From a virus (taxonomy: Duplodnaviria > Heunggongvirae > Uroviricota > Caudoviricetes), in the IMG/VR virus record IMGVR_UViG_2778261635_000003: DNA of 40,443 nucleotides. One strand, written 5' to 3'. The notes below the pieces were generated by a model. That model had not been told where the DNA came from and searched no databases. It saw nothing but the letters and a program-made list of their open reading frames with translations. Below, piece after piece: positions 17,226 through 25,989 of the stretch (position 1 is the first letter of the stretch; each line of letters opens with the position of its first letter). A program made the position numbers and the translations under genes.

Positions 17226-17807
17226 ATGACAACTCAAATTTCTGTTGAAACTCTCTCCCCGATCACCCATAACCAGATTCCTGTTATTACCACCGAACTT
17301 TTGGCGCAGCTTTACGGCACTGAGCCGGTGCGTATTCGCCAGAATCATCATGAGAACAAAGTACGCTTCGTTGAAGGGAAACACTTTTTCAAAGTTGTTG
17401 GTAATGACCTTAAAGAATTGCGGGTAGCTTTAAACTACTCACAAAATTTGCAACCATCTTTAAGAGGGTTACAAATTTCCCCGAAAGCCCGCTCCCTCAT
17501 CCTCTGGACAGAACGCGGAGCAGCCCGTCATGCCAAAATGCTCGAAACCGATCAGGCGTGGGATGTGTTCGAAAAACTGGAAGACTGCTATTTCAGTCAA
17601 AAGGATCCGTCAACGCCAGTTTCATGCCAGAAAAGTTACGACACGCGAGTTCTCTGTTATCAGCAAGGCGGTGTCACTGTTTCCACAATTCAGTTGCGGG
17701 ATGATGATATTGTTATTTCCCTTGAGTCATGGCTGGAACTGGCGAGAGCCAATGGTTGGTTTGTTGTTCGCAGAGATAAACTGGTGGAAAGGCTGATGCA
17801 GCTTTAA
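17226..17807 (+). CDS. ORF6N/Bro-N-type DNA-binding protein (antirepressor-like)
   Basis: 193 aa; N-terminal block IPVITTELLAQLYGTEPVRIRQNHHENKVRFVEGKHFFKV typical of the ORF6N domain. Confidence 0.6.
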   Translation: MTTQISVETLSPITHNQIPVITTELLAQLYGTEPVRIRQNHHENKVRFVEGKHFFKVVGNDLKELRVALNYSQNLQPSLRGLQISPKARSLILWTERGAARHAKMLETDQAWDVFEKLEDCYFSQKDPSTPVSCQKSYDTRVLCYQQGGVTVSTIQLRDDDIVISLESWLELARANGWFVVRRDKLVERLMQL

Positions 17808-17899
17808 AAAAGTTCTTGCAATTTTAGCCATAAACTGCTTCAATTCCGGTAAGCTTCGCAAAGCTGTATCGCGAGGCGAACCAAGCGCATGAACTTTAC

Positions 17900-17930
17900 C
17901 AGAACCCGCCATTGAGCGGGTTTTGTTGTT
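17900..17930 (+). terminator. Intrinsic terminator after the ORF6N gene
   Basis: Stem AACCCGC/GCGGGTT followed by TTTTGTTGTTT. Confidence 0.6.
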
Positions 17931-18040
17931 TCTGGTACTGGCGAACCTGATGTTTCATTTCTGGAGCGCGATTCCTGGCGGAATACCTGGAATCGAGACA
18001 TTCTGGTAAAATTGTTTTCAGTACAGGATGTGGAGGTGAG

Positions 18041-18610
18041 ATGAGAGAACTACCTAAAGATTATTTTTTAGGAGTAGATGATGAGCTCGTCGATTACCTT
18101 GAAAAACAAGGGGAAGAGACGATACGAGAGATTCATCTTTCTAACAAAACCAATGTTGAGAATGGATACAAACTTCTGAACATTCAGATTGTTGGAATTG
18201 GCTCATCTTTTTTATTGCTGACACAGAAAACTAATTTCGATTTTCTCACCGCTGGAATTACCACATTTACATTACTATGGACATGGTGCGCCATTTACCT
18301 GGTATGTACTGGTTTATCTGTGAAGGTTAGGGGCCTGATCAATGCCCCTCCTGATCATCTATATCATGAAAAATATAAGGATATGGTGCCCTCGAGCTTT
18401 AAAATATTCGCTGATGCAGGATATTTAGGACCTGATAAGTTATTGCCGCTTATACGAAGGTATCGCCTTGTTGACTTGAGTGATACAGCAAGAGAGTTAC
18501 TGTTGGAAAATGAGAAAATCCGTACGAGTCTCGATAAAGCAAGGATGTATACCATCCTTGCTCCGGTAGCTGCGATGTTTATCTCGGCTGTTTTTTTATA
18601 TGTTCAATGA
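18041..18610 (+). CDS. Hypothetical membrane protein (3 predicted TM helices), low-GC accessory gene
   Basis: 189 aa, RBS GGAGGTGAG; hydrophilic N-terminus, hydrophobic segments at ~45-61, 69-92 and 171-189; markedly AT-rich. Confidence 0.6.
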   Translation: MRELPKDYFLGVDDELVDYLEKQGEETIREIHLSNKTNVENGYKLLNIQIVGIGSSFLLLTQKTNFDFLTAGITTFTLLWTWCAIYLVCTGLSVKVRGLINAPPDHLYHEKYKDMVPSSFKIFADAGYLGPDKLLPLIRRYRLVDLSDTARELLLENEKIRTSLDKARMYTILAPVAAMFISAVFLYVQ

Positions 18611-18740
18611 CTGAGTCGGCAGAATCTCCAACAAAAACACGACGTGTAGCAAAGTCTGCAGTACTTTGTGTTGGAGTTGGTTTTGGTGCCACGGGTTGCT
18701 GAGGTTTATTTTCACCTTGTGGCTTGTTTTTTTCAGACAT
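18579..18740 (-). CDS. Hypothetical small protein (53 aa), convergent with the membrane-protein gene
   Basis: ATG with an AAGAGGA RBS; Pro/Gln-rich N-terminus; overlaps the 3' end of the 189-aa gene by 32 nt; below the ORF-track size cut-off from this start. Confidence 0.3.
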   Translation of the reverse strand: MSEKNKPQGENKPQQPVAPKPTPTQSTADFATRRVFVGDSADSVIEHIKKQPR

Positions 18741-18834
18741 AAAAATCCTCTTTGTTTGAATTGTTACTTTTGGCGATTTAACGATATCAAACACGAGTAT
18801 ATACCGCCAGAAGCTTAATCTGGCACTCCATCTG

Positions 18835-18859
18835 GCCCCGGCATGTCCCGGGGCTTTTT
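18835..18859 (+). terminator. Intrinsic terminator upstream of the lysis cassette
   Basis: Stem GCCCCGG/CCGGGGC followed by a run of five T. Confidence 0.5.
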
Positions 18860-18957
18860 CGTTGTTAGGCTCCGGAAACATCCTCGACTTCTTGTTAGTA
18901 AGCCTGAGAGCCTGAATCTTACACTTAGCACCATCCGAACTCTCGGAGGTGAGGCTT

Positions 18958-19299
18958 ATGAAAATGCACAATGCCCCTCATTCCTGGCCTGACTTACTGG
19001 AACTCTTACAAAGTTGGTGGCGTGGAGATACGCCGCTGGGCGCAGTGGTTATGTCAATTATTATGGCTGGTTTGCGCATTGCCTATTTTGGCGGTGGCGG
19101 CGGCTGGAAACGAAAAACGCTTGAGATTCTGCTTTGTGGTGCTCTGACGCTGACCTTTGCATCCGCGCTTGAGTATGTCGGATGGCCTAAATCACTTTCT
19201 GTTGCCATTGGTGGTGGGGTGGGGCTGATTGGTGTTGATGCTATTCGTGGTGCGGCAATGAGGGTCATCGGTAACAAGTTCGGTGCCCATAAGGAGTAA
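18958..19299 (+). CDS. Holin (dual-start MKM motif)
   Basis: 113 aa, RBS GGAGGTGA; MKM start like lambda S; hydrophobic segments and charged C-terminus; directly upstream of the endolysin. Confidence 0.8.
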   Translation: MKMHNAPHSWPDLLELLQSWWRGDTPLGAVVMSIIMAGLRIAYFGGGGGWKRKTLEILLCGALTLTFASALEYVGWPKSLSVAIGGGVGLIGVDAIRGAAMRVIGNKFGAHKE

Positions 19300-19302
19300 T
19301 TA

Positions 19303-19779
19303 ATGCAGACACTGAATTCCCAGCGTAAAGCTTTCCTTGATATGGTGGCATGGTCAGAAGGAACAGATAACGGACGGCAGAAAACCAGAAATCACGGTTA
19401 TGATGTTATTGTCGGTGGCGAACTGTTCACTGATTACTCCGATCACCCCCGCAAACTTGTCACGCTAAATCCGAAACTCAAATCAACAGCCGCCGGACGT
19501 TACCAGCTTCTTTCACGCTGGTGGGATGCCTACCGCAAGCAACTTGGCCTGAAAGATTTTTCTCCAGAAAGTCAGGATGCTGTAGCGCTGCAGCAGATTA
19601 AAGAGCGTGGCGCTTTACCGATGATTGACCGCGGCGATATTCGTCAGGCAATCGACCGGTGCAGCAATATCTGGGCTTCGTTGCCGGGTGCTGGTTACGG
19701 TCAGTATGAACATAGAATCGGTGACCTGATTGCCCGATTTAAAGAAGCTGGTGGGGTGGTAAATGAAGCTGAGATATAA
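19303..19779 (+). CDS. R: Endolysin, lambda R-type lytic transglycosylase
   Basis: 158 aa nearly identical to my memory of lambda R (NSQRKAFLDMVAWSEGTDNGRQKTRNHGYDVIVGGELFTDYSDHPRKLVTLNPKLKST...). Confidence 0.9.
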   Translation: MQTLNSQRKAFLDMVAWSEGTDNGRQKTRNHGYDVIVGGELFTDYSDHPRKLVTLNPKLKSTAAGRYQLLSRWWDAYRKQLGLKDFSPESQDAVALQQIKERGALPMIDRGDIRQAIDRCSNIWASLPGAGYGQYEHRIGDLIARFKEAGGVVNEAEI

Positions 19780-20155
19780 GCTGGTTATTGTTGCCTTCTT
19801 TGTTACCGTCATCGGTTCTTTCATCTGGTCTGCCGGGCATTACTACAACAAATATCAGCATGAAAAGGAGCGCGCTGATGAGGCTGTACGAAATGCTGAA
19901 TCAGCAACAGCCATTACCCGTAACGTCCTGCAATCACTGCAAATCATCAACACAGTTATAGAGGCTAACCAGCATGCAAAACAGCAGATCGCACTGGAGT
20001 CACAGAGAACCCAGGAAGATATCAAAGTGGCTGTTGCGGATGATGATTGCGCTGTTCGTATCGTTCCTTCTGGCGCAGTTAAGCGGTTGCACGAATACGC
20101 GAACGGTATACGTGTCGGTGCCGGTCGTTCCGTTACCAGCCAGCCTGACGGATGA
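19763..20155 (+). CDS. Rz-like inner-membrane spanin
   Basis: 130 aa; N-terminal TM helix (LVIVAFFVTVIGSFIW) then charged, helix-prone periplasmic region; overlaps the endolysin stop. Confidence 0.7.
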   Translation: MKLRYKLVIVAFFVTVIGSFIWSAGHYYNKYQHEKERADEAVRNAESATAITRNVLQSLQIINTVIEANQHAKQQIALESQRTQEDIKVAVADDDCAVRIVPSGAVKRLHEYANGIRVGAGRSVTSQPDG

Positions 20156-20318
20156 AACACCCCAGCCAGATTTACCCGACCCGTTTACGTGGGGAGCCAG
20201 CCTTAACCTGAATGTTGCGTTGTTGTCAGCGTTAGCACAGTGCAACAGGGATAAGGCTGATATCAGGACTTTTGAGAAAAACAGGGCAGCACAAACCAAT
20301 GGCACGATTAAACGTTGA
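20040..20318 (+). CDS. Rz1-like outer-membrane lipoprotein spanin
   Basis: +1 frame within and beyond Rz; signal peptide with lipobox LSGC; Pro-rich mature region; start choice (20040 or 20043) uncertain. Confidence 0.5.
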   Translation: MMIALFVSFLLAQLSGCTNTRTVYVSVPVVPLPASLTDETPQPDLPDPFTWGASLNLNVALLSALAQCNRDKADIRTFEKNRAAQTNGTIKR

Positions 20319-20484
20319 AGTTATCCCACCAGACAGCGAAACGATGAACGAGATTTTTGCAGAGATTGAACGTAAATATGCGCATCAGCCGATGACGCCA
20401 AAAGTTATCGATGAAATGCAACGCGAAGCGGCGCGCCTTGTAAGGCGAGTGACAAACACGAAGGTTACGTTTGTTCGGGACTGA
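20299..20484 (+). CDS. Hypothetical small protein between lysis and packaging genes
   Basis: 61 aa from an internal ATG; weak RBS; stop abuts the 42-bp palindrome. Confidence 0.3.
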   Translation: MARLNVEVIPPDSETMNEIFAEIERKYAHQPMTPKVIDEMQREAARLVRRVTNTKVTFVRD

Positions 20485-20524
20485 CATTATCGAAGCTCCT
20501 TTGATAAGGGGCTTCGATAATGTC
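20483..20524. repeat. 42-bp near-perfect palindrome upstream of the terminase genes
   Basis: GACATTATCGAAGC (20483-20496) pairs with GCTTCGATAATGTC (20511-20524), with extra CCTT/AAGG pairing inside; no T-run after it. Confidence 0.6.
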
Positions 20525-20541
20525 ACTAAGAGGAAAAATTC

Positions 20542-21291
20542 ATGGCAAAACCGGACTGGGAGGCCATCGAATCGGCATACCGGGCCGGAGTCCTTAGCCT
20601 CCGTGATATAGGCGAGAAATACGGCGTTACAGAAGGGGCTATCAGGAAGAGGGCCAAAAAGCTTGGTTGGGTACGCAGTGGCGGTACGCAGGTTTGCAAA
20701 AATGGTACGCAAAAAAGAAAAGTGCGTACCAGCAGAAAGCCTGCCATTACTGGCCTTACACAAAAAGGTACGCAACCAAAAACAGAACCTACACTGGATA
20801 CGAAACCGATACGCGGAATGCGTACCGATCCCCCGACTAACCCATTCCAACCCGGTAACCAGCAGGCATTAAAACACGGTGGTTATGCCCGTCGCCTTCT
20901 GCTCAAAGATGAGGTGATAGAGGACGCTAAAGCGTTGACGCTCGAGGACGAATTATTTCGCCTTCGTGCTAACAACCTTGTCGCTGCAGAGAATATTGGT
21001 CGGTGGCTGGTGTCGCTGGAAGATGCTAATGGGGACCAGGAAAGGAAGATGCTGATGGAAAATATCAGCGCCGCCGAGAAAGCAATGATGCGCAATACAG
21101 TTCGTATTGAGTCCATCGTTGGCACGCTTGCGACGGTAGGAAAAATATTTGCTGATACAGCCTACCGCAAGGCCGCCACTGATAAGGTGTCTCTGGAGGC
21201 TGATCGTCTTCGCCGTGATGCAGGTATTGATGATGGCAATGGAGAGCGTGACCTCAATGACTTCTACTCTGACATCCAAACCGACGCTTAA
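20542..21291 (+). CDS. Terminase small subunit
   Basis: 249 aa; HTH-like N-terminus (LSLRDIGEKYGVTEGAIRKRAKKLGW); RBS AGAGGAAAAA; directly upstream of and overlapping the large terminase. Confidence 0.65.
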   Translation: MAKPDWEAIESAYRAGVLSLRDIGEKYGVTEGAIRKRAKKLGWVRSGGTQVCKNGTQKRKVRTSRKPAITGLTQKGTQPKTEPTLDTKPIRGMRTDPPTNPFQPGNQQALKHGGYARRLLLKDEVIEDAKALTLEDELFRLRANNLVAAENIGRWLVSLEDANGDQERKMLMENISAAEKAMMRNTVRIESIVGTLATVGKIFADTAYRKAATDKVSLEADRLRRDAGIDDGNGERDLNDFYSDIQTDA

Positions 21292-22660
21292 TCCGGCTTT
21301 ACGTAGTTTCTGGACTACGCGGGCACGTAACAAAGTGCTTTATGGTGGCCGGTCATCGTCAAAATCATGGGATGCCGCTGGCATTGCCATATTTCTGTCG
21401 AATAAATACACCCTGCGTTTTTGTTGTGCCCGTCAGATCCAGAATAAAATCGAAGAGTCGGTTTATACCCTGCTCAAAATTCAGATAGACAGGTTTGGCC
21501 TGCGGCACCGTTTCCGGATTCTGAACAACAAAATCATTAACCGGGTTACTGGCTCGGAATTTGTTTTTTATGGATTATGGCGCAACATCGAAGAAATTAA
21601 ATCACTGGAGGGGATCGATGTGTTGTGGCTGGAAGAAGCCCACGCACTGACGGAATACCAGTGGAAAATTCTGGAGCCAACGATCCGTAAAGAGGGTTCG
21701 GAATGCTGGTTCATATTCAACCCCGGACTTGTTACTGATTTCGTCTGGCGCAACTTCGTTGTTGATCCGCCCGAAGGCACTCTCATCCGCAAAATTAACT
21801 ATGACGAAAATCCGTTTCTGTCTGACACCATGCTTAAGGTTATCGACGCGGCGCGACGCCGTGATCCGGATGGTTTTAAACATGTGTATGAGGGCGTTCC
21901 GGAGTCTGATGATGATGCGGCAATCATCAAACTGTCCTGGATAGAAGCCGCAGTGGATGCGCACAAAACGTTAAATTTCGAACCCAGTGGAAGAAAGCGT
22001 ATTGGCTTTGACGTGGCTGACAGTGGTACAGATAAGTGCGCTAACGTTTACCGTCACGGATCCGTTGTTTTCTGGGCCGACGAATGGAAGGCCAAAGAAG
22101 ATGAATTACTGAAGAGCTGCCAGCGTACTTATCAGGCGGCGCTGGAGCGTGAAGCAGATATTGTTTACGACTCTATCGGTGTTGGTGCGTCTGCCGGTGC
22201 TAAATTCTCTGAAATTAACGCTGACCGGAAGAGCGAGAATGCATACGCGCGACGTGTGAATTACCAGAGGTTTAACGCTGGTGCTGGTGTGCATGAACCA
22301 GATGACGAATACAACGGCATCCCCAACAAAGACTTTTTCGCAAATCTTAAGGCTCAGGCATGGTGGCTGGTGGCTGACCGTTTCAGAAATACGTTTAACG
22401 CCATTAACAACGGAGAACAGTATCCTGTGGATGAGCTGATCAGCATAGATTCTCGTTGTCCGTTGCTTGAAAAGCTGAAACTGGAACTGACAACACCTCA
22501 TCGCGATTTTGACCGTAACGGACGTGTGATGGTCGAAAGTAAAAAAGACCTCGCAAAACGCGAGATACCGTCACCAAACGTTGCTGACGCATTCATTATG
22601 GCCTTCGCGCCAATTGATACATCGCTGGATATCTGGGAACAGCTGGGGAGACAGGCCTGA
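21257..22660 (+). CDS. Terminase large subunit
   Basis: 467 aa from an ATG with a GGAGAG RBS; Walker A-like VLYGGRSSSKSW; C-terminal nuclease-type acidic residues; upstream in-frame starts lack an RBS. Confidence 0.85.
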   Translation: MTSTLTSKPTLNPALRSFWTTRARNKVLYGGRSSSKSWDAAGIAIFLSNKYTLRFCCARQIQNKIEESVYTLLKIQIDRFGLRHRFRILNNKIINRVTGSEFVFYGLWRNIEEIKSLEGIDVLWLEEAHALTEYQWKILEPTIRKEGSECWFIFNPGLVTDFVWRNFVVDPPEGTLIRKINYDENPFLSDTMLKVIDAARRRDPDGFKHVYEGVPESDDDAAIIKLSWIEAAVDAHKTLNFEPSGRKRIGFDVADSGTDKCANVYRHGSVVFWADEWKAKEDELLKSCQRTYQAALEREADIVYDSIGVGASAGAKFSEINADRKSENAYARRVNYQRFNAGAGVHEPDDEYNGIPNKDFFANLKAQAWWLVADRFRNTFNAINNGEQYPVDELISIDSRCPLLEKLKLELTTPHRDFDRNGRVMVESKKDLAKREIPSPNVADAFIMAFAPIDTSLDIWEQLGRQA

Positions 22661-24126
22661 TGGCACGAAACAAACAAGCCCTGCGGCGAACTGCGCAGGC
22701 CACAGCTGATGGTTATGAGAATTTTATTGCCCGCGTAGGGATGCAGACACCTAACCAGCACTCAGCATCCACCTACCGGGCTAATTTCACCAGTCGTAAC
22801 CGCATGCTGGTGGAATGGTCCTATCGTTCGTCCTGGATCATCGGCGAAGCGGTCGATGCTATCCCAGATGATATGACCCGCAAAGGCATTCGCATCACTT
22901 CGGAAATTGATGCAAAAGATCGCGGCATTCTCGAATCACAACTGGATGAGTTGCAAATCTGGGATGCGCTGAATGACGTGCTGAAATGGTCGCGCCTCTA
23001 TGGCGGCGCGGTGGGTTTCATCATGATTGAGGGGCAGGCACCAATGACCCCGCTGCGGCTCGAAACCATTGGAGAAGGCAAGTTTAAGGGCATTCTCCCG
23101 CTCGACCGCTGGATGATTAACCCGGTCCTGACCCGCCGCATTAAAGAGATGGGGCCGGATCTCGGCAAACCTGAGTTTTACGACGTGGTGACCACTGCCA
23201 CGGGCATTCCAGCCTGGCGCATCCATCACAGCCGCCTGATTCGCTTCGACGGGGTGACACTGCCATTCCAGCAGAAGATGACCGAAAACGAATGGGGAAT
23301 GTCGGTTGTAGAGCGTATCTGGGATCGTCTTACCGCGTTCGACAGCGCTACTGTCGGCGCGGCGCAGCTGGTCTACAAAGCGCATTTGCGTACCTACAGC
23401 GTGGAGAAGCTACGCGAGCTTATCGCACTTGGTGGTCCTGCGTATGAAGCGTTGCTGAAGAATATTGACCTGATTCGACAGTTCCAGAGCAATGAAGGCA
23501 TGACTCTCATGGACTCGCGGGATAAGTTTGAAACCCATCAGTACAGCTTCAGTGGTCTGGATGACATCCTTTCACAGTTTGCAGAACAGATTAGTGGCGC
23601 TGTTGGTATCCCACTGGTGCGGTTGTTCGGACAGTCCCCGAAAGGATTTTCTACCGGTGATGCAGACCTTGCCAACTATTACGACCGCATCAGTTCGCTG
23701 CAGGAGAGGCGTTTACGTCTTCCGGTGCGGCGGATACTGGACATCATGCATCGCTCGGAACTTGGCAAGCCGCTGCCGGACGATTTCACGTTTGAGTTTA
23801 ACCCGCTCTGGCAAATGTCTGATGTCGATCGCTCAACGGTGGCGTTAAACACCACCAACGCAATCAGTACAGCGCTGGGTGATGGTCTGATGACACTGAA
23901 AGCCGCTATGACCGATTTGCGCGAAAATTCTGACGTAACCGGCATCGGGGCATCCATTACCGACGAGGACATCGAGAATGCCGAAGACGAAGCGCCGCCC
24001 GGCATCGGCGAACCTGATGACGAACCGCAGGAACCGTCAGGCGGAAATCCGCTATCGAACCAGCCTACGCAGGATAGCGCGGGCGGTCGGGGACATCGTA
24101 AATGGTCACTACGATGGTTCAAATGA
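22660..24126 (+). CDS. Portal protein
   Basis: 488 aa; start overlaps the terminase stop (TGATG); position and size; acidic C-terminal tail. Confidence 0.75.
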   Translation: MARNKQALRRTAQATADGYENFIARVGMQTPNQHSASTYRANFTSRNRMLVEWSYRSSWIIGEAVDAIPDDMTRKGIRITSEIDAKDRGILESQLDELQIWDALNDVLKWSRLYGGAVGFIMIEGQAPMTPLRLETIGEGKFKGILPLDRWMINPVLTRRIKEMGPDLGKPEFYDVVTTATGIPAWRIHHSRLIRFDGVTLPFQQKMTENEWGMSVVERIWDRLTAFDSATVGAAQLVYKAHLRTYSVEKLRELIALGGPAYEALLKNIDLIRQFQSNEGMTLMDSRDKFETHQYSFSGLDDILSQFAEQISGAVGIPLVRLFGQSPKGFSTGDADLANYYDRISSLQERRLRLPVRRILDIMHRSELGKPLPDDFTFEFNPLWQMSDVDRSTVALNTTNAISTALGDGLMTLKAAMTDLRENSDVTGIGASITDEDIENAEDEAPPGIGEPDDEPQEPSGGNPLSNQPTQDSAGGRGHRKWSLRWFK

Positions 24127-24751
24127 CAGTATCACGGAAATTATTGAGGCGCTGGAACGCTACAGTGAAATCATCACCCCCTGGGCGACAAAGGTCGCGG
24201 AAAACTTTACCGCCGACATTGTGCGCAAGAATGATGAGCAGTGGCGTAAACACAGCAAAACCATCAGCCGTGAGCTACGCAATCTGGTAAACAGTGCCCC
24301 TCCAGGGCAGGTTATGAAATCCATCGTTGCTGAACAGGTTAAGTACATCAAATCGCTACCCCTCGAGGCGGCTGACAGGGTGTACGACATCCAGAATCGG
24401 GCGATAGAAGCTGTTGTTACCGGTGGGAGAGCAGAACATTTTGCTAAAGAAATAGCCGCATCGGGTGATATAGCAAAGTCCAGAGCTGACCTGATTGCCC
24501 GTACTGAACTTGGACGTGCAACCGGCGCGCTGGATCAGGCGCGTGCGCTGTCAATTGGTTCGAATGGTTATATCTGGCGTACAGCCGAAGATGGTGATGT
24601 CAGGCATTCTCATCGGGAAATGGAAGGTAAATTTGTCGAATGGGGCAAACCTCCAACGCTTGACGGCATGACCGGTCACGCTGGCGAGTTCCCGAATTGT
24701 CGCTGTTATAAAGAAATTGTTTTTCCCACCTCCCATTCTTACCCCGCCTGA
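24017..24751 (+). CDS. Head morphogenesis protein (Mu F-like minor head protein)
   Basis: First ATG of this frame lies inside the portal 3' end (~110-nt overlap); follows the portal as in Mu-like head modules; start uncertain. Confidence 0.6.
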   Translation: MTNRRNRQAEIRYRTSLRRIARAVGDIVNGHYDGSNDSITEIIEALERYSEIITPWATKVAENFTADIVRKNDEQWRKHSKTISRELRNLVNSAPPGQVMKSIVAEQVKYIKSLPLEAADRVYDIQNRAIEAVVTGGRAEHFAKEIAASGDIAKSRADLIARTELGRATGALDQARALSIGSNGYIWRTAEDGDVRHSHREMEGKFVEWGKPPTLDGMTGHAGEFPNCRCYKEIVFPTSHSYPA

Positions 24752-24765
24752 ATCGCAGGTAACAC

Positions 24766-25986
24766 ATGAAATATTTTTTCAATACCCGGCTGGGGGAAAC
24801 CCGCTATCAGCTGGCTGACGGCTCGTTGCTGTGCAAAGACGTGCCGATAGGACGAACAGGTAAGCAGCTCTATGGTGCTGATGACCTGCCAAAACTGAAA
24901 CCCGATAAGTTCGGTGAAATAGTCGTCACGCGTTCTCCTGAGCAGGTATTCCATCCCGCCACGCTTGCCTCATTCGAAGGAATGAGTATCACGATCCTGC
25001 ATCCTGAAGATGAAAACGGGAATGTGCGGCTGGTAAATCCCGAGAACTGGAAAGAGCTTGCTGTCGGGCACCTCCAGAATGTCCGGCGCGGGACGGGTGA
25101 GCAGTCTGATTTGATGCTGGCTGACCTTATCGTCAAAGACGAAAACGCCATTCAGCTTATCGAAGATGGCCTGCGTGAAGTGTCGTGCGGCTATGACGCG
25201 GAGTACGAGCAGACCGAGCCAGGTAAAGCCGAGCAGGTCGATATTACCGGAAACCATGTGGCTCTTGTCCCCAAAGGCAGAGCCGGAAATCGTTGTGCAA
25301 TTGGAGACAGAGACACAATGGCAAATCAAAAGAAAAACTGGTGGAACCGCATGCGTGCAGCCATCAAGACAGGAGATGCCGACACCATGAACGAACTGGT
25401 GGAGTCGGCTCCCGCATCGGTTACAGGAGATGAGGGGGATTTGCCGCAGGGCGTTAATCTCAACATCAACCTGTCCCCGCAGCAACCACTACCGGACAAA
25501 GCACCAGAGATGGGTGGAGGTCCAACCGGCGACAGTGATGATGACCTCAAAACATTACTGAAAGCCCTGCTGGCTAAGCTGGAAGGAAATGCCACGGGCG
25601 ATAACGACAATAAGCCTGACGATAATCCGACCGGTGACGGCGAGGACGATGAAGAGGAAACCACGATTACTGGTGACTCAGCCTGGCGTGCCGAAGTTAT
25701 CGTTCCGGGTATCGATCTGAGCCGTAAGATGAAACCGACCGCGTTCAAACGCGAGGTTCTGGCTTCCGCAGATAAAACGCTGGTTCGCCAGATCGTCGGT
25801 GATGCGGATATCCGCAAATTGCCGAAACAATCGGTCGACATGGCGTTTAATGCCGTGTCTGAGATTGCCAAAGGGCGAAACACCCGCGCCACCACCGGCG
25901 ATGCACAGCGCCTAAACATGGGCATGACCAGTATCGCTTCCCTGAACAAACAAAACGCTGAATTCTGGGCAAACCGTAAAGGGTAA
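24766..25986 (+). CDS. Putative scaffolding/prohead protein (DUF2213-like) with acidic low-complexity region
   Basis: 406 aa; central Asp/Glu/Gly-rich segment; positioned between the Mu F-like gene and the capsid gene. Confidence 0.5.
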   Translation: MKYFFNTRLGETRYQLADGSLLCKDVPIGRTGKQLYGADDLPKLKPDKFGEIVVTRSPEQVFHPATLASFEGMSITILHPEDENGNVRLVNPENWKELAVGHLQNVRRGTGEQSDLMLADLIVKDENAIQLIEDGLREVSCGYDAEYEQTEPGKAEQVDITGNHVALVPKGRAGNRCAIGDRDTMANQKKNWWNRMRAAIKTGDADTMNELVESAPASVTGDEGDLPQGVNLNINLSPQQPLPDKAPEMGGGPTGDSDDDLKTLLKALLAKLEGNATGDNDNKPDDNPTGDGEDDEEETTITGDSAWRAEVIVPGIDLSRKMKPTAFKREVLASADKTLVRQIVGDADIRKLPKQSVDMAFNAVSEIAKGRNTRATTGDAQRLNMGMTSIASLNKQNAEFWANRKG

Positions 25987-25989
25987 AAA

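Noticed and set aside
20308-20850. 180-aa minus-strand ORF across the Rz1 end, palindrome and small terminase gene
   Set aside because: Antisense to the terminase small subunit and Rz1; no upstream promoter or RBS; not consistent with operon layout.
23978-24126. Possible frameshift fusing portal and Mu F-like genes
   Set aside because: The ~110-nt overlap is explained by an internal ATG start for the downstream gene; there is no slippery site, and both frames give complete, plausible proteins.
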